From: the human T2T-CHM13v2.0 reference genome, Homo sapiens
DNA: 64,000 nt
Assembly: GCF_009914755.1 (NCBI RefSeq)
Contig: NC_060926.1
Direction: 5' to 3' (one strand)
The notes below the pieces were generated by a model. It was not told the DNA's origin. It saw only the letters and a list, made by a program, of their open reading frames with translations, and did no database searches. Within the stretch, counting starts at the first letter, position 1. Each line of letters opens with the position of its first letter. The position numbers and the translations under genes were made by a program. Shown here piece after piece: positions 1 to 13,004 of the stretch.

Positions 1-118
1 CCTTTTCTCCATATCCTCACCAACACTTATCTTTCACCTTTTTGATGATAGCCATATAACAGATGTGAGGTGATACATCATTGCAGTTTTAATTTGCATT
101 TATTTGATGATTAGAGAT
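1..118 (-). mobile_element. L1 (L1M-type) fragment, ORF2 3' region
   Basis: ccttttctccatatcctcaccaacac...gtgaggtgata...ttttaatttgcatt matches the antisense of the L1 ORF2 C-terminal region. Confidence 0.8.
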
Positions 119-1529
119 ATGTGTCAGGTCTTATTCATTTTTGTACACTGTGAACTTAACTCTGTAATGACACATAACAGACATTCAATATTTTATCTTA
201 AACTATTGAGGTAGAGCAGTAGTACCCCAGGGATATGGGAATAAAATATTAGAGCTCATATTTTTATTTATCTAAATTGATAAGAAGTAAATCAAGCTTT
301 GCTAATGTTTGATATGTAGATTCCACTCTTACCCTTACTTGGTCCATATATGGGTAAAAATATTTTGAGGGAAGATTGGGAGTTCTAGAACATGGAGAAG
401 TTGACAGCTCCAACTCATTGCCTGGTCCATGAGCCCAGCTAAATGAATTTTAAATTATGTTGTGTTAGTTTGAATTAAACTAACTCAAGATGGATGCATG
501 GCTTAAATATTCCAGAGAACATAAATCAAAGATAATTCTAGTGAACATTTCAAAAATTGCAGAGCGTTCCCTTCTTCTATTCTTACTACAAGCACGTCCT
601 CAGCCACATCATGAAGTAAAAACAATGACAATATATCTTATAAGAAGTCAGCTCCCCAAAATTGACTTTTTAGTATGTGGATGTACACCCTCTTCCATAA
701 ACAACAGAAGGCCCTAAATGGATATTGTTTCTTAAGATATTAGCTAATGGTGATATAAAGCCATCACCATTAGCAAAACATTTTAAAGTAATATTTGCTT
801 CATCTTCTTAAAACTCTTTGGTGTATGTTTTATAATGTGCATAAATACTAACATAGAGACATAGTAAATGATGGGCGTCCTCAAAAACCAACAAGAATTT
901 GCAAACACAATGTGTGGAAACTCCTACAGAAGAGCATGGTCCTCAAGATCTGCTTTTTTTTTTGTTTTGTTTTGTTCTAGAAGGCAGAGGAAATACACAC
1001 TTAAAAAGGCAGACACACTTAAAAAGATGTAAATATAGTACACTGGGTATAAAAGGTATTAATGGAGAATACATGGTAACTTGAGGGTTTTGGAAACACT
1101 TTCTGGAAAAGACAATGTCTGAAATGAATTTTGAAGGAGTGATGGTTAGCTCAAGGAAGAGAGGTGGGAAAGGGATTTCATATAACTAAGAGGTGAAAGC
1201 ATGAAATGCATTTAGTATTCAGTGGATTTCAAGTAGTCTGATAGTCCTAGAGTGTGAAAGAAGAGAAGTGGTGTAGCCAGAGAGGATTCCAGGGATGTAG
1301 ATAGGAGCCATGGCCATGTGTGCCAAAGAGCCTGGACTCTATTCAGCTGGCACTGGGAAGCCAATGAATCTTAATAGCGGGAAGTCAGATTTGTACTTTA
1401 CAGAAATCCCTCTATCTACAATATAGAGGGAAGATGGATATTAGAACATAACACATGGTCACTGTAATCAACTTAATTGGTATTGGATGGGAATCAGGAC
1501 AATCCAAAAGTAGATTGAAGTACATGTAG

Positions 1530-2950
1530 AAATGTGATATATGACAAGAAGGATAATTCTATTCAGTGAGGAGACAATAGGATTATTTAATAGCGTTGGC
1601 ACAAATAGACATTCATCTGGAAGAAAATAAAAATAGACCCCCATCTTATTTTAAAAAATTTATTTGACACTTATACACACTCATTAACACTTATATAAAT
1701 ATAAAAACCAAATTTAGAAATAAATTATAAACAGACCAAATACATAGTTTCAAAAAGAAATAAAAATCTTGCAGAAAAAGGTAGGATTTACATGTACAAT
1801 CTAGGGGTGGAAAACTGCATTTTAATCAACAGTGGAGACTCAAAAATTATAATCAAGCTGATAGACATTTTTTGATTCTGTGAAAATTAATATAATGTGC
1901 AGGCAAAAGTTTCCATAAAGTTAATAAAGGATTATTCTAGATAGCTATTAATGTAGATGACATAATAAGGATAATATTTACAATGTGCTGATTGAGTTCT
2001 CTGGGAAGCATATGGAGTTAGGGGTGCAAAAGGTTTATAGGGGTGCAAAAAATATTTGGGGGAAAAGGGAGGAGCAGGTGGTGCCATCACTTCTGTTACA
2101 AGCTGACTCAGCCAGCCAAGTGGGAGCTGTGGAGCAAGGATGTCTGTTGGTGGAGTCCTGTGATGGTGGAAATGGAGAAGGGCATGCCCTCAGCTATCAC
2201 TGCCTCACTCATTCATTGGCCATGGGCTGCCTGAAGAAGAACTTTATGATCTTGGTTCAAATTTGAGGTGGACCCTGAATAAGTGAATAGCTGCAGGCTG
2301 TCAGTGAACCTTACTCCTCGCAGCTGGGGACTGAGTCCTTTATCGTAGCAGGGTCTGGGTGTGGCAACTCCATGTTTGCCATAAAACTCTTACAAAATCC
2401 TGAGAAAATGGCATTTGATCCAATAGAAAATAGGGCTAAGCACATTTGTAGACAACTTACTGAAGATCAAGACCAAATGGCCAAGAAACATTGGAAACAA
2501 TGCTTAGTAATCTGGAAAGTGAAAATTAAAATAACAATAGACTATAACTTTATACCTATAATAGTCACAGAAATTAATCAGAGCTACAGTACCTTTTAAG
2601 GTGGAATGTGAAGTATTGTAGCTCTTTGGGAAAGCTATCAGGCATTATCTATCAAAGGTAAATATACGCCTTAGACCCTAAAATTTGACTCCTGGGAGTC
2701 TATCTTATACAAATAAAACCTTTGGTTCATAAATATGTGTATAAAAATGATTTTTACAACATTGTTTGTAGTTGTGAAAAACTAGAAATAAATTGGATAC
2801 CCTAAATAAGGCAATGGCTGAATGAATTATGATATATTCACACCATGGAAATACTATGCACTTATTTAAAAGAATGAATAAGTAGCTATTGCAGAAGAGG
2901 TGGTGGGATTTTTTACTAGCTCTTATTGAATGAAAAAAGAAAAATGCAGA
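1530..2950 (+). mobile_element. Old, degenerate L1M(E)-like fragment, interrupted by an LTR and by the THE1 element
   Basis: A-rich sequence with degenerate L1 ORF2/3' motifs (atatatgacaa, aaatggccaagaaaca, atactatgca...aaaagaatga). Similar sequence appears to resume at ~5285-5500. Confidence 0.55.
1984..2381 (-). mobile_element. ERVL solo LTR, LTR16-like
   Basis: Starts tgtgctgattgagttctctgggaagca...ttaggggtgcaaaaggttt, resembling the antisense LTR16 end. It is a GC-richer island inside A-rich L1 sequence. Confidence 0.55.
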
Positions 2951-2957
2951 GGAGTAT

Positions 2958-5278
2958 TGTATTAGTCTGTTCTCACATTGCTGCAAAGATTCTATCTGAG
3001 ACTGGGTGATTTATAAAAGAAAGAGGTTTAATTGACTCACAGTTCAGCATGGCTGGGGAGGCCTCAGGAAACTCATGGTAATGATGGAAGGGGAAGAAAA
3101 TATGTCCTTCTTCACAGGGTGGCAGGAAGGAGAATGAATGAATACCCAGTGAAGGGGGAGGCCCCTTTTAAAACCATCAGATCTTGTGAGAACTACTCAT
3201 TATGGTGAGAACAGGATGGGGGAAACCATCCCCATGATTCAAGTATCTTCACCTGGTCCTTCCCACAACACATGTGGATTATGGGAACTACAACTCAAGA
3301 TGAGATTTGCATTAGGACATAGCCAAACCATATCATTCCACCCTTGGCTCTTCCCAAATCTCATGTCCTCACAGTTCAAAACATAATCATGCCCTTCCAA
3401 CAGTTCCCCAGAATCTCAACTCATTCCAGCATTAACTCAAAAGTCCAAGTCCAAAATCTCATCTGAGACAAGGCAAGTCTCTTCCATCTATCAGTCTGTA
3501 AAATCAAAAGCAAGTTAGTTACTTCTTAGATACAATGGGAGTACAGGCATTGGGTAAATACACCTGTTCCAAATGGGAGAAATTGGCCAAAACAAAGGGG
3601 CTACAGGCCCCATGCAAGTCCAGAATCCAATAGCGCAGTTACTAAACTTTAAAGTTCCAAAACGATCTCCTTTGACTCCATTTCTCACATCCAGGGCACA
3701 CTGATGCAAGAGGTGGGTTCCCATGGCCTTGGGCAGCTCAGCCTCCATGGCTTTGCAGGGTACAGCCCCCATCTCCTGGCTGCTTTCACAGGCTGGCATT
3801 GAGTGTCTGCAGCTTTTCCAGGTGCATAGTGCAAGCTGTAGGTGGATCTACCATTCTGGGGTCTGGAGGATGGTGGCCCTCTTCTCACAGCTCCACTAGG
3901 CAGTGCCCCTGTGGGGACTCTGTGTGGGGGCTCCAGCCCCACATTCCTCTTCTGCACTGCCCTAGCAGAGGTTCTCCATGAGGGCTCTGCCCCTGCAGCA
4001 AACCTCTGCCTGGACATCCAGGGGTTTACATACATCCTCTGAAATCTAGGTGGAGGTTTCCAAACCTCAAGTCTTGACTTCTGTGGGCCCACAGGGTCAG
4101 CACCATGTGGAAGCTGCCAAGACTTGGGGCTTGCACCCTCTGAAACCATGGCCTGAGCTGTACCATGGCCCCTTTTAGCCATGGCTAGAGTGGCTGGGAT
4201 GCACGAAACCAAGTCTCTAGGCTGCACACAGTAGGGGGGCCCTGGGCCTGGCCCAGGAAACCATTTTTTTCCTCCTAGACCTCCAGGCCTGTGATGGAAG
4301 GGGCTGCTGCAAAGGTGTCTGATATGCCCTGGAGACATTTTCCCCATTGTCTTGGCAATTAGCATTTGGCTTCTCATTACTTATGCAAATTTCTGCAGTG
4401 GGCTTGAATTTCTTTCCAGAAAATGGGTTTTTCTTTTCTACTGAATCGTCAGGCTGCAAATTTTCCAAACTTTTATGCTCTGCTTTGCTTTTAAACATAA
4501 TTTCCAATTTCAGATCTCTCTCAAGTTCAAAGTTCCACAGATCTCTAGGATGGGGGCAAAATGCCACCAGTCTCTTTGCATAGCAAGAGTGACATTTACT
4601 TCAGTTCCCAACAAGTTGCTAATCTCCATTTGAGGCCACCTCAGCCTGGACTTTATTGTCCATATCATTATCAGCATTTTGGTCAAAGCCATTCAAGTCT
4701 CTAGAAAGTTCCAAACTTTCCCACATCTTCCTGTTTTTTGAGCCCTCCAAGTCTCTAAGAAGTTCCAAACTTTCCCACAATTTCCTAACTTTTTTTGCAC
4801 CCTCTAAACTGTTCCAACCTCTGCCTGTTACCCAGTTTCAAAGTTGCTTCCACATTTTTGAGTATCTTTATAGCAGCACCCCACTCTACCAGTACCGATT
4901 TACTCTATAAGTCTGTTCTCACATTGCTTCAGAGATACTACTGAGACTGGTCATTTATAAAGGAGAAAGGTTTAATTGATCACAGTTCAGAATTGCTGGG
5001 GAGGCCTCAGGAAATTCACAATCATGGTGGAAGGGGAGGCAAACATGTTCTTCTTCATAGGGTGGCAGGAATGTGAATGAATGAACACCAAGTGAAGGGG
5101 AAAGCTCCTTATAAAACCATCAGATCTTGTGAGAACTAACTCACTATCATGAGGATAGGATTGGGGAAACTGCCCCTATGATTCAATGATCTCTAGCTGG
5201 TTCCTCCCACAACAAGTGGGGATTATGGGAACTAAAATTGAAGATGAGATTTGGGTGGGGCACATCCAAACCATATCA
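2958..5278 (-). mobile_element. Complete THE1 (ERVL-MaLR, THE1C/D-like) element: LTR 2958-3335, internal 3336-4903, LTR 4904-5278
   Basis: Two homologous ~375-bp LTRs (tgtattagtctgttctcacattgct ... ccaaaccatatca) flank a typical THE1-int. The 5-bp TSD is agtat/ggtat. Confidence 0.93.
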
Positions 5279-5774
5279 GGTATATATAAGATTATCTCTC
5301 CCCCTCATTTTTTTCTGCTAAACAGTGACAAAATATACTTTGTTTATGTGTATATATATACACACATATACATATACATAGATGAATGTTAACTTGAGTT
5401 ACCTTGCAAGGAGTGGGGAGGGTTGATGTGGGTGGAAGAGGGAAGATATGTCCAAGATAGGCAAAAGAAGAACAAATTGTACCAAAAAAGCATACATATG
5501 ATCTCATTATGCTATAATTTCTAAACCTAGTAAGAAAGGCAGAATCGGGGCTTACACAGCTTGCAGTAAAGAGATAAATGAGAAAAATGGGTCACAGAAA
5601 TGGAAATCATTATATGCAATTTTATTGGATATATAAAAGTTTTTAGTTTATACCAGTTTACTAGATGCCAGAAATGTTTACTGGTTACATGTGAATCAAA
5701 CAGTATCCGGCCATATGAACTGAAAGCATGGTTGTGGAAAGCACAGGGCTTTCAGTAAACTTACATACCTCTAT

Positions 5775-6090
5775 CACTCAGCAGAGGCTAGGTTATATTA
5801 CAGTAACAAATGACCCTCAAATCCAAGGGGTTTACAACAAAGGATGTTTTATTGCTCATGTTACGTGTCTATTATAGATTGGCTTCAGTTCTGCTCCATG
5901 CCACTTTCACTCAGGATTCAGCCCCTGTCTGGTGAACAATCTCGAGGCTGAGAAAATGAGATCATAGTTAAATTTATGCTGGCTTTTAAAGCGTCTGCTT
6001 AGAAGGGGTTTCTTTCACTGGTCAAAGCAAGTCACATGGCTGAGCCCACTGTAAATGGGATGAGGATGTATGACCCTCCTCCAGGGAGGA
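5775..6090 (-). mobile_element. MLT1-type MaLR LTR
   Basis: Motifs ctaggttat...cagtaacaaa...aacaaagg...ctcatg and ggtcaaagcaagtcacatggc. Confidence 0.65.
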
Positions 6091-8774
6091 TCAGTAAAAA
6101 TCCCCCAGGGTATAAAGATCTGCTTTATGACAAAGAGTGTTAATGAAGTGTTTCCGTGTGATCACAGTAGTGAATGTTATTAATGATTGGTGGATTAATG
6201 AGTGGTGAGAATTAAGATGAGAAATAAGAGGAAATACATTGTGTATGCTACTTTTTATAATTAAATAAATGCTATTTTTATTATCCACTGGGTGTTAAGT
6301 ATAAAGACACTCCTTTTGATTTTTTTTTTGTTTCAATCACAGATCACAGACCATCTCATCACATTTTCATAAAACAAAGTAAAATCTCTTTAATCCATAT
6401 CCTGAATATAGAAAAATTATGGTAGGCAGAAGGGTAAAATTTTAACTACATATTTTACTTTTCTGAATTTTAGAATTCACAGTAGCTTATTGATGAGAAA
6501 TATAATGATCATCACAAATCAGAAAACATATTCCTTCCTTTATAAATTATAGTATAAAATAGTACTGTTTTGTGGTTTTTGCCCAGAGTTAAGTATTTGC
6601 TTGTCAAAGAATCTTCCAAGTAGATTTTATCTGCAGCTATCAGTTTAGTTATTAAAATTTCATTTTGGTTAGGAGAAAATTTGAAGAAAGTGCCGCAACA
6701 TCTTATTACACAAAATGTACGGTGCTTCTTACTTGTTATTCTATTTCACAAGTTAAATTAAATTTCAGTCCTTTACTGTTGTCTAATATTTCAGATGTTT
6801 CCTACAACATACTTAAAATTTCAAAAACAATTGTAACATTATCTGAAATGTTTCACCAGTACAATTTATACAGAACAGTGAATGGCAAAAGTCCCAAGTG
6901 TGGTTCAACAGCTGTTGCTCCCGTACTGTGGGCTGAGTAGAGGCAGTTGTATCCATGGTGACCTATATGACTTAATGAGAGTGGGAACTGCGTGATTCTC
7001 ACAGGGGTTAATGACAGAGCAAACGCTGGCAAGCCAGCTTTCATGAGGCATTTGGCTTTTTTTTGTTTGTTTGTTTGTTTTTTTTTTTTTTTAAAAGGAA
7101 GGATTCACTTTTTCTAACTCCTCATTTTGTAAAGCAGACAAACTTCGTATCATGCTTAACAAAAGAGCTATATACCTGAAAACTAACTCGGAAAAAAAGG
7201 GCTTACAAAACAAACTATACTTTACTTTTGTCCTATATTTTAATGTAAAACATGCATTATGATTTTATATTTATTCAAATATTGCACTCTGCTTCTTCCT
7301 CCCGAAAGGTTTAAGGTAGACTAGAACAAAGGCATATCAATAAAGTCTATAAAATAGGTGTAAGAGTCTTACACATTATGAGTGGAGAAAAGAAGTGCAT
7401 TAGAAAAGGAAATATGACTCTGCAGTTTCTTCCAATGGGCCCTGTGACACTAAAAAGCATTAATAAACTTCATACCTTGGTATAAGTTGGAGGATTAAAA
7501 ACCCCAACATCGTGTAGGTGATTTAGATTTGAGGAATGTACCTGGGATTTGGGGGCTCGAGGGGAGGAGGAACCTACTGTATATTCACTTCTGCATTGAA
7601 AATGTCAGGCATTGGGTGTATATCTGGTTTGAAAAGATTTCTGTCATAACGTTGTACCTGGAAAAGATTCGGTTGTCAAATAAAACAGAGAATCAAGTTT
7701 TTATGGGGGCCTTATTTGTGCCATTTCAGTGGTACTTTTCCTAAGTGCCTCTGGCTTCTGCATCAGTGGGGGAAAAAACCGTGACATGAGCTCCAACTCC
7801 AGGATCCACGTCAAAGTAAGTTAATACATAGAAAATAAATCAACACTGTCTATTTTTAAAAGACCTTTGCCATGCACAATACAGACTACTGCCAGATGAT
7901 TGGCCTGGAGCTCCTGATAGTGCCTTAGCCCCAGGGTCTTCATGGGGTAATTCCTGTGGGAATGGTGTTAATGGATAGAGGCCCAGGCATTCTGCTCTCC
8001 TGCAGACAGTAGAGATTTCTCAACCTCTGAAAGAAGCAGCAGTAATCAGACATTGAAGAACATTGGCTGTAATTAAAGATTTCTTAGATTCATTGCCTCT
8101 CAGTACTTTAAAGATTTATTAAACTGGGGAATCTAGACCTATTATAAGCAATTTGTAACTTCTCATTTTTGTAGGACTGTTATAATGGAGCACACTTTAC
8201 TTGTTCTTTGAAATAAGATTAGTTGATTTTTATGTTTTAGTTACTGAAATTTCTTAATTCCTAATATAAGTGACAAAAACTTTCAAGAAAAAACTTGAAT
8301 TTCAAAGAGGTCATATATCAAGTTTTGCTTATCTTTTATTGACTTGTATGTATTTACTCTACTATAATATTCACTCTACAAATTACCCTACAAATTCTGT
8401 TTTCTTGAGCTAGCAAAACAAAATGATCACCATGTATATTGGGGAGGGCTATGACTGAATGTAAAGATGCATGCAACTTAACTGAAAATGCTGTATGTCC
8501 TCTTCTTTGATTACGTGCAATGCGTCCTTTAACTTATTAGGAGACCTGTCTCAATATAAAAATATTTTTCTTACACATATGTGAATGAGATGATAAATGT
8601 GTTTCCTCATGCACTAATGAATCAGTCATACTGGTGGTCCATGCTGATGACATAAAGGTCATGTTGATGTTGAGAGAGGAGGTTGTCATGGTTAATATGA
8701 GTGGTCCCAGATCTGAAGGAGTGGCTCTTCATTCTCCAGGACAGCTACTGGACTTGTATCTTATGAGAGCTTTG

Positions 8775-8940
8775 GGTAGCAGGAAGAATGCAGGCTTTGA
8801 AGTCACTAACATTGCCTCAAATGCTGGTTCTTTCACTTCCTAGTTGGCTCTAACTTCAAGCAAGCTACTTGACCCTTTTGATCCCCAGTTTTCTTATCTG
8901 TGAAGTGGAGATCAGAATACTGCAGAGAGGATTATCTGGT
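8775..8940 (+). mobile_element. MIR SINE
   Basis: Core-like caagctacttgacc...ccccagttttcttatctgtgaagtggagat. Confidence 0.65.
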
Positions 8941-9369
8941 ACATAGAAAGCAGTTATCAAAGAGATAGTTCTTTTCCCCCCACTATGACTTCCTGGTAGT
9001 ATATGGAAAGTCTTAATATTCTCACTGGTTTTTTCTCAGGCCCAGGGTTCTGGACTTCCCTGGCTGGAAGGACTATATTGACATATCTAGTCTTTTAGTC
9101 TGGTCTAGGTATTTTCAGGACTGCTAGAACTTGCTTAGTTCTTATTGGTTGTATTTCAGTCTAATTCTAGATTTCAAGTCATTCCAATTAATAAGTGCCC
9201 TTCTTCTGAGATTTGTAGCTGCTTGGTGTGGATCTGTTCTGATTTCTGCTCTAAAATGGAATTCTAGGATCCTTGAGGATGAGAAGTTCTACCATGCAGA
9301 CAGTGACAGAACCATTTTTCTTTATCAGATTGATTATTTTATTTAGTCACAGGACTGCAAAAGTCCTCT

Positions 9370-9680
9370 GTCCATAAATATTTATTGAGCACTTACTCTG
9401 TTCCAGACATAGTTCTGGGAGCTGGAGATACAGCAATGAATAAAATCGCAAGGTCTTTAGGCACATGGAGATGGCATTCTACATTTCAGTGAAGCAGAGA
9501 TAGGGGGAAAGTAAAACAGAATATGTAAGTAAACAATTCCACGGAAAAGACAGTTTGTTCACAGTGATAAAATCCTGTGAGAAGACAAAACACAATATGA
9601 CTGACATGTACTGAGGCTTGTAGGGGCAACTTGAGATTTGTAGTTAGAGAGTCCTTTCTGACGTAGTAACATTTGAATTT
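9370..9680. mobile_element. L2 3' end fragment
   Basis: aaatatttattgagcacttactctgttccagacatagttctgggagctggagatacagc is the typical L2 terminal motif. Confidence 0.7.
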
Positions 9681-10125
9681 CCTGCTTGTTACTATTATTC
9701 ATATCTTACCTTCCTACCCCTGCTCACCCCCAAATTCCAATCTGCCAATCTAGCAATTGTCACCATGACTTGGTAAAAGGTTGGGAGGCAAGAATTGTAG
9801 GTGACAGCTATTTGGAAAGAGGGACTGTTAATGCAGGGGTAGGAATGTGCCCATGGCTGCTGACTTAACTGAAACTAGCTAGTCTCTTTCAGTTTTTGAA
9901 GTGGGTCCACAAAGCAGAATCTGCTCCTGGCTAGGAGCAAGTACATAGGAGGGGTTTTTTTTTTTTCAATTGCAAACATGAGTATCAGGAAAAGCCTTCT
10001 GAGCTTATGCTGGAACACAACAATATAAACGACTTGCTAGATTAGGGTCCAACTAGTTTATCAAAGCAGAGTAATTTAGACAACAATCTTTACGGATAGA
10101 GGCTCAGAGCAAAGGAATCAGAGGG

Positions 10126-10146
10126 GTGTGTGTGTGTGTGTGTGTG
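10126..10146. repeat. (GT)n microsatellite, ~10 units
   Basis: Read directly. Confidence 0.95.
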
Positions 10147-12580
10147 CACTTTCACATGAGGGTGAGAGGGAAGGATGCCAAGGAAGAGAAAAGAGTCCAA
10201 CTAGACATTGTCTAGTTGAAAGATACAACATTTTGCAAGTTATATGCTGTACTTTCTGGCCTCTGTTTTTTTTTAAATCACTGACCTTGAATGTTTGTTA
10301 ATAAAGTGATGCTAATTTTAAAATTTGTAAAAATAAATTATTATCATAATGGTACACAAATCTGTAGGATGAGGAACTTATAAATGACATTAATATCCTA
10401 TAACAAGATAATGAGTGAGATAAAGGCAGTTTTACATTTTTCAGAGGACAACCGAAGAATGGGACTTTTATTAGAGTAACAAAGAAAAATGAAGCACTGA
10501 CAACTGTAAATGACAGAAGTCAAATGTAATAATAGTTGAATATCAAAGAAAAAAATGATAGCCTAAAATAAGATATATTTCTGAGGATAGCAATTAAAAA
10601 TATTTCCTATATAGCATAGACAGGAATTCCCTGAACTAAAGGAGATGGAAGACATGTATGGTTGTTTTAAGTCTGGGTACACTTTATTTTCTTCCTCTAG
10701 TCTGTGCGTTGTAAAGGCATACCTGTTGAAAAGGAAACTTTTGTTGGGTTACCCCTCCTGTCTTTTAAAGATGAGGGGGAAAAAGAAGCCTTTGCTGTTA
10801 TGGATGCAGTTCTCAGAATCTCACTAGAGGGTGGTGTTGGTTCTAAAACCAGAGGTCACTGCTACTCTCTACAGTACATTCATTACTAGGCTGCATTTAT
10901 GTTTAAAGAAAAGGCAAAGTCAAGCCTTCTCAGTATTCCCTAGTAGTTGATAAATGTCAAATCTGAAACCTCCCAAGTGCCCCTGCCAGTTCTGGCTGGT
11001 TGTAGCCCAGAGGAGACAGATAAAGTAGTGAAGAGATTATCGGAGGAGTTGGGTGGCTGATTCTAATTTTGGCTCCTGCACTAACTAGTAGACAAGACTC
11101 CCTGGGCCTTTGTCTCAACCGTAAAACAAAAATGATGTCCTAGTTGATCCCTAAATCCCCATATATCTCTAAAATTATGAGATTCAAACCAAATTGTTGG
11201 TCTAAAATGCTGAATAATTTCTCATGCTGTTAGCCAGACTAAGGAACAAGTAAAATCTCAAATTATTAAATTATTAATAAGATAAAATGTAATGTTATAA
11301 GTGAGGTTTAATATAGATTCTAATATCAAAGGAGTTTAAAATTAAAATGCCAAGTCTTTTGTCTTACCAGGGAGCCTTAGGACCATGGTTTGCATCTGAG
11401 CATTCTGTGGATAATTTCAGTGACTTAACTCATCATCCAAAGATCTCTCCCTTCTTGGTTGCTAGCTTACTGGAAATGAGCAAAATATGTTTTTATATAG
11501 GATTATATAGAGAAAGGAGGCTGAACCATTGTCAAATAGGAATGTTTTAGGATAGAGACTAAACTCCCCACCTGCATTTATCTGACTTGGATTATATCTG
11601 TGCTTTTTAAGAGTCAGTCTTCGGAGGGATTTAGTTGGTTCAGTTTCCTTTCACCCTCATCTCTTTCACTGACTCCCTTTCCTTGCTATATTTACTCACA
11701 CTGCAGAATGACCTTAGAATCCTTTCCTGGAACCTGAAGCAAATTATGGAACCCCAAGATCCCAGTAAACCCTAGTTTATCTCTGCATGGACTTGACTTC
11801 TAAGAATTGGCCTGAGAGCCTGCAATTAACCTGTGACCACGCAAAGCTTCACCCCGTCACCCCAAACGCTTAGACATTCATACTCAATACCCACTTTCCT
11901 CCAAATTGCTTTGTTTGGCAGAAGAAGGTTTCTTTCTCCCCTCTCCTTCACCCAACCTGGATTTTTGTTGCATCTCAGGCTCATTTCGCAAATCTAAACT
12001 TCCTAAAATATACACGGAGCGCCTCCGGGTTTGCACACGCGCGCACGCGGGTACACCCTGGCTCGAGTACATTAGCCCCGCTGGGCCGGCTCCCAGTTGC
12101 AGAACACATTCCATTCTTCGCGCTCGGGCACACCCCTCCGCAGTGAGGATTGGTCGGGCCGAGCCCCCTCGGCGAGGCGAGGCTCCTAAGAGGCCCAGAC
12201 GCCTGCCAATCCCCAAGGGCTGTCAAAACAAGTCTCCCTCCCTGTCACAACAGAGCTGAGTGGAGGCCGCCGCCGCCGCCGCACTTCCTGGGACCGCTGC
12301 GCCGCAGTCCGCGGGCAGGTGGCGGGTGCGCCCGGCCGCAGTCGCCCGGCTCTGGCCCCTATCGGGCCGCCGGCGTCCGGGCTCCAGAGGCCGCCTGGCT
12401 GGGCGCCCGGTGCCTTTTGTCTGGCGCAGGGCCGGCGTTTGCATCACATTTCGGATACCTCCCTCTCTTTTTCGCCTCTCCTTCTGCCTCCCGCTCACAT
12501 CGCCTCCCCACTCCCGCCACCGTCCCCCGCCGGACTGCTAGCCTCCTAGACCGAAGCCCGAGGACGTCTCTGCCCGAGCG

Positions 12581-12601
12581 ATGTCCCCTCTCCAGAAAGT
12601 T

Positions 12602-12633
<32 letters not shown>

Positions 12634-12652
12634 TGCCGCCGCTGGGCGGTGA
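12581..12652 (+). CDS. Candidate uORF, 23 aa, MSPLQKV-A10-TAAAGR*
   Basis: ATG at 12581 (gcgATGt, purine at -3) and TGA at 12650-12652, out of frame with the main ATG. The ORF is in the sequence; its translation is not shown. Confidence 0.5.
12602..12631 (+). repeat. (GCC)10 trinucleotide repeat in the 5' UTR, followed by ACT GCC GCC GCT
   Basis: Read directly: 30 uninterrupted nt. A second (GCC)5 run lies at 12266-12280. Confidence 0.97.
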
Positions 12653-12764
12653 AACAAAGTCTGGCGGGGCCGCCTCCCGGTGCAGGAGCGCACCCGTGCC
12701 TAGCGGCTGGACTCCGCTGCCGGGCGTCCCGCTTTCCCCCGGGGAGCCCTAAACGCTCCAGGCC

Positions 12765-13004
12765 ATGGCCGAGGGCGCGGCCGGCAGGGAGGATCCGGCG
12801 CCGCCCGACGCGGCGGGGGGCGAAGACGACCCCCGAGTGGGCCCGGATGCCGCCGGGGACTGCGTGACGGCGGCCTCTGGGGGCCGGATGAGGGACCGTC
12901 GCAGCGGGGTCGCACTGCCAGGCGCCGCGGGGACCCCAGCGGACAGCGAGGCGGGCCTCCTGGAGGCAGCACGGGCGACCCCCCGGCGCAGCAGCATCAT
13001 CAAG
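12765..13004 (+). CDS. PLCL1: PLCL1 coding exon 1 (codons 1-80), inactive phospholipase C-like protein 1 / PRIP-1
   Basis: Strong Kozak gccATGg at 12765. The translation MAEGAAGREDPAPPDAAGGEDDPRVGPDAAGDCVTAASGGRMRDRRSG...RRSSIIK matches my recollection of the human PLCL1 N-terminus. It ends at the canonical donor AAG|GTAAGC (13004/13005) after exactly 240 nt (phase 0). Confidence 0.95.

Noticed and set aside
3515-4692. ORFs up to 230 aa on the minus strand
   Set aside because: They lie in the THE1 internal region and are broken across frames: retroelement remnants, not a host gene.
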